Assembly: GCF_006345805.1 (NCBI RefSeq)
Contig: NC_043002.1
Span: 6,262,001 to 6,326,000 of the forward strand
DNA length: 64,000 nt
Origin: Octopus sinensis
Taxonomy: Eukaryota
Direction: 5' to 3'
A program made the position numbers and the translations under genes. This document shows positions 1 through 12,284 of the stretch, piece by piece. The notes beneath the pieces are model-generated. The model had not been told where the DNA came from and searched no databases. It worked only from the letters and a program-made list of their open reading frames with translations. How positions within the stretch are numbered: the first letter of the stretch is position 1; each line of letters opens with the position of its first letter.

Positions 1-1161
1 TACACAACTAAGAAGAAAAGCAAACATTGTTGGCGCATGGGTCAGAATTTAAGAAAAGCAACGGAGGAATTTCAACCGTGTTTCGTGGTTCGCTACCACA
101 ACAGCTCCTTTATAGGATCCAGTTAGCTCAAGACATCATCAGGTGGAACCACGTCCGGTTTCAGCCCCTACTCCTCTACCGTTTTGACGTGGCAGGCACC
201 TCCACTTCGGAGGTGTCTTCAGCTCTAGTGTTGGGTGCATGTCTTCTTTCTCCTTCTTTCTTCTGCTCCCTGGCCTCTTCGATGTATCGTCAGCGAGTGT
301 CAACCGGTGGCTGACCGACTTGTCAAATTCTTCCCTTTAAATACCTGCCGCTAGGCTCCACGGTAGTTAGTTCGGAACTCTGTTTCTCTCCAATCAGAAC
401 TATAATCATATTTTAATACGTTGCGTAAATATAAAAGCTGCTGATACAAAAATGTTTGAACTAGTTCATATCAACTAAATAGGACAGTATTAAAGGACAA
501 CATTCCAGCCCTTTAGCAAAACCGCTGGAGGTACTGATCATAAAAACTTCAATTAAAACAAACCAACGAAGGAGTCGCTTTATAGCTATTTGACATGCTA
601 CACATACCAGCCAATCTCTTTCAAACCATACCTTACTGTCTAGGAAAGAAAGGACACAAAGGATAATGTAGTCCTTAATATACTGCAGCAAAATTCGCAT
701 TAAGTCTTGAATACTTCTCATCAGAGGTCATAGGAATAACACACAACACTAATATGAGTATTCCTAAGTAGAAATTCAAAAATAAAAATAAAGTTAAGAC
801 AGTGTGACCCTCCACGGACACAACATGATAAAGTTGATGTTACTCAAATGCTATGTATTCCAGCAGTAAGAATTATCCTATTAAGGCATCTAAATGACAT
901 ACTCCATCAATTCTGTATCTTGTCCAATTTTTACATATTTATTGCTACCCGTTCCGTTTCTCTTCGTCTCCCTCATCCTACCGCTGGTTACGACTTCCAC
1001 TCCCATACAAGGTTTAATTCACTTACTCGGTCTATTTCTTCTTTCAGTCATAGACACACACAAGCACACACGGACGGGCATATATATACACACGCACACA
1101 CATGTACATATATATATATTTGTGTGTGTGTATTTGTATCTATATATATTTATGTATGTAC

Positions 1162-1207
<46 letters not shown>

Positions 1208-1441
1208 GAGAGAGAGAAACTGAGAAATACATTAACGTAGGCGAGGTGGAAGAATCGTAAAATCGTTCTCAGTTCAAATCCCGCTGCAACCAACTATGAC
1301 TTGGGCTCGATGAAATAAAGTCCCAGTCAATACCGAGATCGATGTAATCGACCAGTCTTGCTTCCTAAAGAAAAATTTTTTAAAATTAAAGAAAATATGT
1401 CTGTGCGCTCACTCATGCTTATATCTGTAGCAATATATCAA

Positions 1442-1975
1442 GGCGGCGAGCTGGCAGAATCGTTAGCACGCCGGGCGAAATGCTTAGCATTATTTCGTCT
1501 GCCGCTACGTTCTGAGTTCAAATTCCGCCAAGGTCGACTTTGCCTTTCATCCTTTCGGGGTCGATAGATTAAGTACCAGTTACGCACTGGCGTCAATATA
1601 ATCGACTTAATCCGGTTGTCTGTCCTTGTTTGTCCTCTCTGTGTTTAGCCCCTTGTGGTTAGTAAAGAAATAGGTATTTCGTCTGCCGCTACGTTCTGAG
1701 TTCAAATTCCGCCGAGGTCGACTTTGCATTTCACCCTTCGGGGTCGATTAAATAAGTGCTAGTTACTCACTGGGGTCGATATAATCGACTTAATCCGTTT
1801 GTCTGTCCTTGTTTGTCCTCTCTGTATTTATCCCCTTGTGGGTAGTAAAGAAATAGGTATTTCGTCTGTTTTTACGTTCTGAATTCATATTCCGCTGAGG
1901 TCGACTTTGCCTTACATCCTTTCGGGGTCGTTAAATGAAGTACCAGTTGCGTGCTGGGGTCGATCTAATCGACTT
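1442..1975 (+). mobile_element. tRNA-derived SINE family 1: full copy plus two head-to-tail partial units
   Basis: A/B boxes (ggcgagctggcagaatcg; gagttcaaattcc) and a central gtcgactttgcctttcatcctttcggggtcgat domain. Junctions at 1673 and 1856. Confidence 0.9.
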
Positions 1976-2394
1976 CCCACCCCATTCTTCTCTCTCCCCA
2001 CGTGACCGGTGTTCGGCCAAGCCTGACCTTTCTTTCTTGGTTCGACTACCATCTGTGCAACATCTATATTCCCTCCCATGCTTGTCATCTCTTATATCCC
2101 TACCGTAAGGCATCACTTCCACACACGCCAGCTTAATTTAACTCGTCATTAGTCGAAAGACACCTGTTGTTATGTCTTGTTATTTGCATTTGTATTTGTG
2201 TAACATTTCTCCGTTTTTTCCGTCTTTTTTTCGTATACATTCGCAGCTTTCTTCCAAGGAATCTAATGCTCTTAGCTTAGTTTTTCCTTGGAACTGGCCA
2301 TATTGGAGCAACCACGAGTATAGCCAGCCGAAATTGCAAAGATAATTTAGAACTCGACTGGGGAAAGAAAACAATATATATATATAGTAAATCC

Positions 2395-2545
2395 CCAAAA
2401 CGAAGAACAAACATAATAAAAGACAACGTGAGGATGAGGTACATCTAAAGTATTAGCAGACGCTCAGGGAAGGAAAGAAATATGGTTTGACGTTTCGAGC
2501 AGAGCTCTTCTTTAGTAACAGAAGAAAGTCCAATAGAAAAGGATG
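2395..2545 (-). mobile_element. Family A hammerhead-bearing repeat, diverged (motif 2485-2519)
   Basis: Minus strand reads tgtta-CTAAAGA-A-GAGCtctGCTC-GAAA-CG-TC-aaac, followed by the family's cctgagcgtc segment. Confidence 0.6.
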
Positions 2546-2829
2546 ACGGAGGAGGTGTATGTGTATGTCAAGAAGTTTGTTTCCCAAGCACATATTCTGG
2601 GTTCAGTCCTACTCTTGAGCAAAAGTTATCAAAATTTATCTACTTGTGACTGGTTTTGGTATAAGCTATCTGAATATGTGTGTGTGTGTTTCTATATATG
2701 TTTGTGAGAGTGTGTGTCTTTGTGTCAGTGTTTGTCTTCCACAACCGCTTGACAACTAGCTTTGGTGTGTGTACGCCCCTGTAACTTAACGGTTCGGCAA
2801 AAATTGTGACAGCACAACAGCAAAGCATA

Positions 2830-3463
2830 TTGCAAAGAGGCTGGGTGAATCAAAGTTTCCTTGCTTTACACCATTTTCCACGGCAAAAGATTCAGAGAGT
2901 CTGCCTCCAAAATTAACTGCGGCCTTCATATCTTGATGGAAATCCCCGATCATGTTTACAAATGTTTTTGGGCAACCTATTTTCCTTAGAATTAGCCACA
3001 GAGTATTTCGATTAACAGTATCGAATGCCTTGCATAAATCAACAAAGCAATGGTATAAGACAAGATTCTGTTCAATGTACTTTTCCTGAAATTGTCTGAT
3101 ACCAAATATACAATCAACTGTTCCCCTGGAGGAGCGGAAACCACATTGAGTCTCGGACACTATATTTGGAACTATGAAGGTATTTATACGTTCTAACAGA
3201 ATGCAGGCAAGTACCTTTCCAACTACAAACAAAAGCGAAATCCCACAAAAATTACCACACAAATCCTTAGACCCCAATTTAAACATGGAGACGAAAATGG
3301 CATCAATCCAGTCTTGAGGCAATTCAATATGAATGATGTAAATGCTAAATTCTTTGACCGAAGTGCAAAATTGCGTAATGGAAAAACGAATTTGAATGAC
3401 TAACTTCATGGTGCTAATTTTTGTCGCGACTTCGAATGACCCTATTATCAAACTGAATAACAA
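2830..3463 (-). pseudogene. RTE-clade LINE reverse transcriptase fragment
   Basis: GISLLFVVGKVLACILLER, QCGFRSSRGTVDCIFGIRQFQEK, FVDLCKAFDTVNR and GVKQG motifs. Confidence 0.9.
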
Positions 3464-4056
3464 ACGTATTAAAATGACTGCAAATACCTATAGTACATTT
3501 GCTGATGTAAGCAAAGCTTGGTTAAGCAGTAATTAATTAATTGGAGGCGTAAATGAAATAGATTAATATACAACCATATTTAATATGTTCGTGTACAATC
3601 GGGATCCTTTCCTACGAAAATAGTCTCGGAGCTAAATTGTGTTCATAGACCATATGTGTGAAAAAACAGTGTATAAGAAAAAGTGTTGTTAATATGCTGA
3701 AAACAAGTGACTATGATTTCGAAGCTGATGAAGTGTAACGATCCGAGAACAGAAGCATCCTAGAATCCGATGGGTGTATTCCCCTGGCCATGGAAAGAAT
3801 TTTCTCTCGCAGCTATTTCCGCAGCGAGGGGTGTTCCCACGTCCGAATATACACAAAAATGTAAAGCATGACTGTACACAGACATAAACGCACACACACA
3901 CACACACTCACACACACACTCTCACACACTAACACGTACACACATTCACAGAGAAACACGTACACATACATACATATACTCAGCCACTCAATAATTCATA
4001 TATATGCAAAATACATGTATATGTGTCTATTTGTAAGTATATGTGTATATACATAC

Positions 4057-4095
<39 letters not shown>

Positions 4096-4909
4096 TACAT
4101 ACATACGTACATACATTGCATACACGCACACACATACGCGCGCGCACACACACGCACATATGTGTAGACATTAACACACATATGTATATGAATTAATGAA
4201 TGTATGTTTCCCCATTCTGAATATATGTCCATGTCAACGTAGATACGTATTTATTTGTAAGTCACAATATGTGTATATATGTGTCTGAGAGTGTTTGAGC
4301 GTATGATTGTATGTATGTTTGTATATATATATATATGTATGTATGAATAACTTGATTAATTGTTCTGAGCGACGTAGATGTTGTTTGCTAAATTGTCAGA
4401 TCTAGGTGGCGCCTCTTACTCGTTTCTCTCTAGACCGTAAAAAACCTACTCCATACAATTTTCTTCCTCTTTTTCTGCCTTCCTTCATTATTTCCCCCCA
4501 CCTTTCCTTGTCAAACTTTCCTTTCTCACCTTCACTTCTCTTTCTATCTTTCCCCCCAGCCATGATGATTTTAACTCCTTCTTAATTTTTCCTTCGCCTA
4601 CTTTTTGTTTTATTATAATACGTTTGTTGCTCTCTTTCTCTTTCCTCCTTTCTTCTCAATCTCATTCTTCTTTTTCTACCCTCTCTATCGTTTTCTCTCT
4701 TCCTCCTTATTCTTCCTTACTCCTCCCTCCCCTCCTCTATCTTCCTCTCTTATTATCATCGTCACTACATCACCTCGGTATCTATCTTTTTCTCACCAAT
4801 TTCATACTTTTCACTATCATACTTCTATCTCAATGTCTTTCACAAAATCTTTCTCGTTCTAACCCAGTCCATCTTCACTTTTTTCCCATTACCTCTGTCA
4901 TCATCTTGA

Positions 4910-5056
4910 GTGCAGCCGATTCCTCGTGATTAGGTATTTTTTCTTCGGGTACACGCGGTTCCTGGATCGATCCCACAGCGCGGTGCAGTCGGTTCCTCGT
5001 GATTAGGTATTTTTTCTTCAGGAACACGCGGTTCCTGGATCGATCCCACAGCGCGG
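4910..5056 (+). repeat. 73-bp tandem duplication of a tRNA-like (SINE head) segment
   Basis: Two units ending cacgcggttcctggatcgatcccacagcgcg. The second continues as tatcttgggca, like family 2. Confidence 0.75.
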
Positions 5057-5494
5057 TATCTTGGGCATATGTAGTCTAACTTCGAGTTGGCCAATGCACG
5101 GTCGTAATACAACGAGTAAAACCAGTAAAAAATTAAAAGAACGATTTATGTGACTCTCTCGTTTTAACGCTACTCCGGCTTTTCTTAATTCTCTTCTCAC
5201 TTCCTTCTTTCCACTTTCCACTTATTTTCTCTCCTATACCTTTGTATCTTTTTTTCTTTTACAGCTTCTCTGTAGTACTTTCTCTTAATGTAGTTCTGTC
5301 TGCTTCAATACCCTTTCTCATTCTTTCACGTATTTATGTACGTAGACATGGCTGTGTAGCTAAAACATTTGCTTCATAATGCATGGCCTCAGCTAAGCAC
5401 TGCACTTCTGCATGTATCTTCTATCTTAGAATCGGGTTAACAAGTTATCCCTCTAGATTTCGTGAGGTTGGAATTGTACAGATGCCAGTTATAT

Positions 5495-5692
5495 ATATAT
5501 ATAAAGGGAAAGTTTACAAAAATAAACAAAAGACGAAGGCAGGTGGAGTACAAACAAACAAATGTATCAGTATAGCGCTCAGGAATAGAAAAAGTCTTTT
5601 ATGTTTCGAGCCTACGCTCTTCGACAGAAAGATACACAGAAAAAAACAAGGAGAGAAACAAGGAGAAAAAAAAAATGCGTGTAGGAGCTAAC
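5495..5692 (-). mobile_element. Short non-autonomous repeat (family B) carrying a hammerhead-like motif at 5595-5632
   Basis: Minus strand reads tcttt-CTGTCGA-A-GAGC-gtag-GCTC-GAAA-CA-TA-aaaga. Homologous to 50432-50590 and 29903-30012. Confidence 0.65.
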
Positions 5693-6013
5693 GATCTATC
5701 ATCGATACGGAGCTAACAATTCCCGAAAAATGAATTTACGAAGATATCATTAACTCTATTATTATCCTGTGTAACAATTTAAAAAATGATAATAACAGAA
5801 TCAATAATATAGGCGATTGCAGGGCCAAAAAAAGCATTAAATAGCTGAAGGATTAAAATTAATCAAAGGACATACTAAGTAAGTCTACCTAGTGGAAATA
5901 ACTGTCAAAACTCTTATTTAAACCGCCAAAATACACTGATAATAACTACAGAAGTCAACCGAAGGCAAAACGGGTTAAGACAATCTCACAACGTACATTC
6001 AAGTATATGGACT

Positions 6014-6067
6014 CGCGTGGACCGGTTTCTGCACAGGCAAAAATAGTATTAGCTTCCTCAGCACGCG
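6014..6067 (-). ncRNA. Minimal type I hammerhead ribozyme (family D)
   Basis: Minus strand reads cgcgtg-CTGAGGA-agctaatactatttttgcctgtgca-GAAA-CCGG-TC-cacgcg. It has a 6-bp stem I, palindromic ACCGGT stem III and a GUC triplet. Stem II is imperfect. Confidence 0.75.
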
Positions 6068-6178
6068 TTACCATGACAGAGACTCCCAAACCGTCATGTT
6101 GAAGTCTGCGCTGCGAATGATTCGTTTTGCGCCGAAATCATGGCAGATCAACTAAAAATGCATAAAATAATTCAGATA

Positions 6179-6235
6179 GTTTTGGATTGATCAATTTCTG
6201 GATTAGTTTGGTAACTTTTCCTTCATCAGTAAAAC
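6179..6235 (-). ncRNA. Minimal type I hammerhead ribozyme (family C, near-intact)
   Basis: Minus strand reads gtttta-CTGATGA-a-GGAaaAGTTaccaAACTaaTCC-a-GAAA-TTGATCAA-TC-caaaac. It has a canonical core, a stem II, the perfect palindrome ATTGATCAAT as stem III, an AUC cleavage triplet and stem I gtttt/aaaac. Confidence 0.85.
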
Positions 6236-6619
6236 ATACTGAGCGAAATAAATGAAAATATCTATACATAGCCACAGAAAAGCAAAAGGCGAGTGCATAC
6301 AAATATTCACAAATATATACGCATCAAATTCCGAAGTTCCATACAATTATATATCTCTATAATTTTATTTTACCTAAAAGGGTATTTTTTTATATGCTAG
6401 CCACTGATAAAATTGAGTAATTTTAATGATTGTCTCCTTTAATTGTGTTTTACTTCCGGTTAGTTTATTTTTTCTGTACTATTCTGACCAAATGCACAAG
6501 TGTTGAGGTGGACTGCAAAATTCGACGCGTATATATTTGTGAATATTTGTATGTACTCGCATTTTGCGTATACTTTTCTGTGTGTATATATAGATATTTT
6601 CATTTATTTCACTCAGTAT

Positions 6620-6676
6620 GTCTTGCTGAAGAAGGAAAAGTTACCTAACTAATCCAGAAATTGATCAGTTGAAAAC
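6620..6676 (+). ncRNA. Hammerhead ribozyme, family C, degenerate inverted copy
   Basis: gtcttg-CTGAAGA-a-GGAaaAGTTacctAACTaaTCC-a-GAAA-TTGATCAG-TT-gaaaac. This is an inverted paralogue of 6179-6235 with stem I and stem III mismatches. Confidence 0.65.
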
Positions 6677-7110
6677 TATCTGAATTATTTTATGAATTTT
6701 TAGTCAGTCTGCTTTCCCGTTTTCAACCTGTGTAAAATATGTGTGGAATAAATATCTGAAGAGGTTGGACGTATTCGGCATCTTCTTTCAGCATATAGGC
6801 ATGATAGCTTGTGTGCCCTTAAGTATAATTGTACCCTATATAGTTATATATCTCTAAAAATATATTTTACCTAAAAGGTCTTTTATATGCTGGCGACTGA
6901 TAAAATTCTTTAATTTCAATGATTCTATCCTTTAATTATGTTATATATAGTAATGGATATATTGATAATATACTCTGCTATTATATATAGTGCAAGCATT
7001 ATCTGATACAGAATTTAAAATGGATAAATATTCACCAGGCTGAGTCGAAAGTGTTTTTCCTATTACAATCTATAATAAATAGTTCAAACTAATTATATAG
7101 AAAAAGTTAA

Positions 7111-7337
7111 GGCGGTGAGCTGGCAGAAACGTTAGCGCCGGACGAAATGCTTAGTGGTATTTCGTCTCTCGTTACGTTCTGAATTCAAATTCCGCCGAGG
7201 TCGACTTTGCTTTTCGTCTTTTCGGGGTCGATAAATAAAGTACCAATTTTGCACTGGGGCCGATGTAATCGACTTAGTCCCTTTGTCTATCATTGTTTGT
7301 CCCCTCTGTGTTTAATCCCTTGTGGGCAGTAAAGAAA
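7111..7337 (+). mobile_element. SINE family 1
   Basis: Matches the 1442-1672 sequence. Confidence 0.9.
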
Positions 7338-7798
7338 TATATATAGAAAAAGTGTTTATTTGTCAAAATATATATATCGTCATATCGTCATATTGTAATG
7401 TCTATTGACATCGTTGTACCCGAAGATCACTTCCACGGTTACACCGTTTGGTTGGCTTAGTGGTAAAATACTCCCTGCACTCGCCTTTTCAACCTCATCC
7501 GCATTGTCGAAACAGTGTCTGTACAGGAAATGAACCATAGATCGGACAAGTTAGTAATCTCATTGTGAAATATCTGGACTATAAGCAGGATGAAGCAGCA
7601 TTTCCTGCCACATCATAATACAAATATAGATCTAGAAAATTGGGGATAAAAAAAGAATTAAGAATATAAACGTAGGCTTGTGCAAGAGCTGACACAGAAT
7701 AAGTAACAGGTTAAAAAAACTAGGCAGTGGGCGGGGGGCGTGTCGTATGATTAAAAGTCTTCGTGGAGTACTAACTCTCCCCTCACACACACACACAC

Positions 7799-7832
<34 letters not shown>

Positions 7833-7879
7833 CACATACGTAAGTCTTAGATACCTTTCACTTATACAAACACACATAC

Positions 7880-8110
<231 letters not shown>

Positions 8111-8111
8111 A

Positions 8112-8311
8112 AAATGTGACCTCGTGTGTACCGTTGGCGATTTTTTTCCTCTGTCTTCCCTTCTCTGGATCTTTCCTTCTCCTGTGTTTCCGACGAAGAG
8201 CTCCGCTCGAAACGTTAAACCCTCTTTCTTTCCTTCTTTCCTGAGCGTCCAATAATACTATACTTGTTCCACGTCCTCGCGTTGTTGTGTTTTTTGTGCT
8301 TTCTTGTTTGG

Positions 8312-8318
<7 letters not shown>
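8112..8318 (+). mobile_element. Short non-autonomous repeat (family A) carrying a minimal hammerhead at 8186-8220
   Basis: gttt-CCGACGA-A-GAGC-tcc-GCTC-GAAA-CG-TT-aaac. Homologous to 34895-35112 and 2395-2545. It sits between (TATC)n and (TA)n. Confidence 0.7.
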
Positions 8319-8344
<26 letters not shown>

Positions 8345-8351
<7 letters not shown>

Positions 8352-8610
8352 AAACTGAGAATGTCTATCTGTGTGTCCATATGTGTGCATCGCTAAAACT
8401 CGAGAATTACCCAACCGATTTCATTCAAATTTTACACATGCCTTACTTAGGGTCCATGCAGTACCAGGAGCCAAGCAAAGTTTCAACGTCTTGCTTATTG
8501 CGAGCCCGGAACAATCTCTTATCCCTTACACGATTTCAGTATTACGTGTCAAAAGTGAAACAATAAAATCTCTATTGTAATGTGAGGTAATACTTTCAGT
8601 TTTAATAGAT
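8345..8610 (+). mobile_element. Probable Helitron 5' fragment
   Basis: Starts tatatataaaactgagaatgtc..ccgatttcattcaaattttacac, in the same style as the 54260 element's 5' end. No 3' CTAG hairpin was found. Confidence 0.45.
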
Positions 8611-8870
8611 TTCACTATATATATATATTGTGTATATATATATATATAAGGAAGACCAGCAGTCGCCCATGCATATCGGTCTCTCCTCTCCACGCCACGG
8701 ATGTTATCTAAAGGAAAGGCAAACGCCTATACATCTTGGCACTAGTGACATCGCAACTGGACTGGACGAACTTGAAATAAAATAACACAATTCAGAACCC
8801 GGTCTGAGAATCGAACTTGCTACCTCGTCTGTTTTAGTAGGTTTGTATGCGTATGTGTGTATATTATATG

Positions 8871-8930
<60 letters not shown>

Positions 8931-8932
<2 letters not shown>

Positions 8933-10365
8933 TTTGATACTTTGATACTTTGATAGGTTTCGGCCATTATTGGCCCAGGCCATGTCTAACTTAATAGCAC
9001 AACCTGGTGAAGTCTTTCAAGTCAGAATTTGGGCACTATGGCCCACTCAAGTAGAGAGTTATTGTTTACAGAGACATATCCGGGTGTAGGGGGTTTATCC
9101 GGGATTTCTTGAAGGAATCTGTCCAAAGACTTCTTGAACCCTATAGGGTCAGTTTCTGTTTTAATGTGTTTTGGTGTAATGTTAAAGAGAGCAGGGCCAA
9201 TTGAGGTGAAATAATTGTGCCGTATTGTTGTTATGAGATGAGAGTGCGATTTTTGTTTTGGGCGGATGGCACGGGGCCCAAGCCTTGGATGTACCCTGAA
9301 GGTGATGCCAACATCATTGGGCAATGCTGATGGGATATTTTCCACATCATGCAGATGATGTAGCGCTCACGACGACGTTGGAGAGAATAAAGTTTTAGCT
9401 TTTCTAGTCGACCCCAATAGTCGAGGCCTGTCATGCCATCTATCTTTTTTGTGATTGCCCTTTGAGGTGCTTCAACTTTTATTGTGTGGGGAGACCACAG
9501 TGGACAACAGTATTCAAGGTGGGGTCGGGCAAAAGTGGAGAAGAGAAGGATAATGGTGTGGATATCTCTCGACTGGAAAGTTCTGAGAATCCAGGAACAC
9601 ATTCTGCGGGCCATGTCAACTTTGGTGTTTATATGAGTGGCCCAGCTTATGTTGTTGTCCACAATTACTCCCAAGTCTCTGATGTTGTTGGACGCTGCGA
9701 GAGTTTCACCTGAAGGAAGGGAGTATGGGAGTTTCAGGGCATCCTCTTTTCCAAAGTGGATTAACTCAAATTTATCCTCGTTCAGCAGCATATTGTTTTT
9801 TTCTGCCCATTGGATAACAGCCAGTAGATCTGACTGAAGGCATGTCCGGTCACTCGCCTCATTTATGACCTTCTGTAGCTTGGAATCATCTGCAAAAATT
9901 TTATGTTGCTGTGCTTGATGATGTCATTAATGTCATTAATGTAAATGATGAAAAGAAGTGGGCCCAGCACAGTGCCTTGCGGAACGCCACTACTGACTTT
10001 GGCTGGGCTTCATTTTACCCCTTCAACTACAACATGGTGAGATCTGTCTGTCAGGAAACACTTGATCCATTTCAGTAACTTTCCAGAGACACCAATGTTG
10101 GATAGTTTTTTCAATAGGATCTTGTGATCGACCCTGTCGAAGGCCTTACTGAAATCAAGGTAGATGACATCGGTGTTGGAGCCCTCTCCCAAAGCTCTCA
10201 AAATGTCCTCAAAGTGATGCAGGAGCTGCGTTAGGCAGTCCCTTCCATTACGGAACCCATGTTGGTTGGAGATCAGCCGTCTGTTGCTTTCCAGAAATTG
10301 GGTTATTCGAGATCTCACCACCCTCTCAAATACCTTGATGATATGAGAGGTGAGTGAGATCGGGC
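8931..10365 (-). mobile_element. 5'-truncated CR1/L2-group LINE, RT region with frameshifts
   Basis: [38 protein letters not shown] and ALFNITP..FKKSLDRFLQEIPDKP motifs. The 3' tail is (ATCAAAGT)x3, and there is (TA)n on both flanks. Confidence 0.92.
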
Positions 10366-10964
10366 GATATATATATATATGTACTTATGCATGTGTATGT
10401 GTGCATGTGTGTATGGTATGAACTTAGTAAGGTGCACTCAAAATGCTTAGTAAATATATAGTTAGAAAATTTGCTAGTCCTCCATCATTTGCTGAAGAAA
10501 TGTTCACCGCGTGGTACATTTCTATTCATATGTCACTTAATATAACACTGCAACACGATCATCGTCTTTTAAATTTAAGGTTATCTATTCCTGTTTGGTT
10601 AACATCGCCTCTCCAATGATACACTACAACCGAAAACGCTTACCCACACAGTACCCATCCAAATTGCTACCTTGTAACTGTCTAAATGTCTCTATTTAAC
10701 CACTCTGGAAATCATTCTCTCCATAGTGGATGATATATCGAGCATTCATCATCCTGTATTGAAAAGAATTTGAAAAGACTGTATTGAAAGAAATCTCAAG
10801 AGATACGGCGAGAAAACTTTAAAAAAAAAATACTACCAGCGTCTTCATCATTGCGGAGAAACTACACGTGCCCGCTGAAATACTTCTAAAAAATGTTCAA
10901 TCTAGGATCTGAAGTTCCAATATGTTAAATCAGTAGTCATAGCACTTAACCGTCTGTCAGATAT

Positions 10965-11192
10965 GTTTCTTTATTACCCACAAGGGGCTAAACATAGAGG
11001 GGATAAACAAAAGACAGACAAACGAATTAAGTCGATTACATCGATTCCAGTGCGTAACTGGTACTTATTTAATCGATCCCGAAAGGATGAAAGGCAAAGT
11101 CGACCTCGGCGGAATTTGAACTCAGAACGTAACAGTAGACGAAATACGGCTACGCATTTCGCCCGGCGTGCTAACGATTCTGCCAGCTCGCC
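10965..11192 (-). mobile_element. SINE family 1
   Basis: Reverse-complement match to 1442-1672. Confidence 0.9.
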
Positions 11193-11224
11193 ATTATCCA
11201 ATTGCTGTCAGTAGAAGATATTCT

Positions 11225-11460
11225 TCTAGGATAATTTCCAAACGTCTGAAAAACCAAAAGTAATCGATATAAGTCCATAGCAATCGGTTCTGTCGAATAT
11301 CGCCGACTAAGGTTTGATGATCGTAGTCCTCAAATGAGGATTTTCCTTGATATTGTAGTTCTGCCAGCTACACCCTGACTTGGCAACTTATTTTATCCCA
11401 TTACTCAACTCGACAGAGCAGACCCGCTGAGGTCATCGAAGAATGGCTTTATTACTCATA
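11225..11460 (+). pseudogene. Old RTE-like remnant
   Basis: Only an RRLRF-like motif and a downstream GRP-like region survive. Highly decayed. Confidence 0.3.
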
Positions 11461-11646
11461 TATTGACCGACTTACCACAGTATACCTCATGTATCCAAGT
11501 AACTATGCAAAAAATAACTGACACGCGAGAAATGTAAACTTGTACATCATCTTGTATCGAGAGCTAATTTCTCTTTCTAAGCATGCAGTCACACATACAT
11601 TCATGAATATCATAATAGCATACATATACTATTTTGTACGTATGTA

Positions 11647-11877
11647 GGCGGCGAGCTGGCAGAAACGTTAGCACGCCGGGCGAAATGCGTAGCAGTATTT
11701 CGTCTGCCGTTACGTTTTGAGTTCAAATTCCGCCGAGGTCGACTTTGCCTTTCATCCTTTCGGGGTCAATAAATTAAGTACCAGTTAGGCACTTGGGTCG
11801 ATGTAATCGACTTAATACCTATGTCTGTCCTTGTTTGTCCCCTCTGTGTTTAGCCCCTTGTGGGCAATAAAGAAATA
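11647..11877 (+). mobile_element. SINE family 1
   Basis: Matches 1442-1672. Confidence 0.9.
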
Positions 11878-12284
11878 TATATTAGTTTGTACGTATGTAT
11901 ATGCGTGTGTATTGTGCGAATGTATATGTTCATGCATGTGTGTATGTGTTTTTAGTTTGAACAATTTCTTAAACTTTTCACTTTGCTGATTTTCTGGTAT
12001 GCCCTCTAGAGTATGTTGGGTATAACTCTCGACAAACCGAAGTAACTACTATCTTTAAAGCTGGACTTACACGTCATTCTCAGTGCCAGATATCACATCT
12101 CATATTTGGTCTTGTAGCTAATGAAAGCTCATCTCTTATAGAGACGTAACTGCAATACTGCTCTCCACTTGTATTCATCAAAACTAAGAGCCTTGATTTT
12201 TGAACATGTGATTATCCCTAAATATGCTGTATAACAACATGCTTCCTTCATACGTATGAAATTCGTAAAAAGAGATAAGCTTTC

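Noticed and set aside
60-240. CTGATGA and CTGAAGA cores on the minus strand, one followed by the stem cacctcc/ggaggtg
   Set aside because: No correctly placed GAAA, stem III or NUH. At best these are decayed PLE-tail ribozymes.
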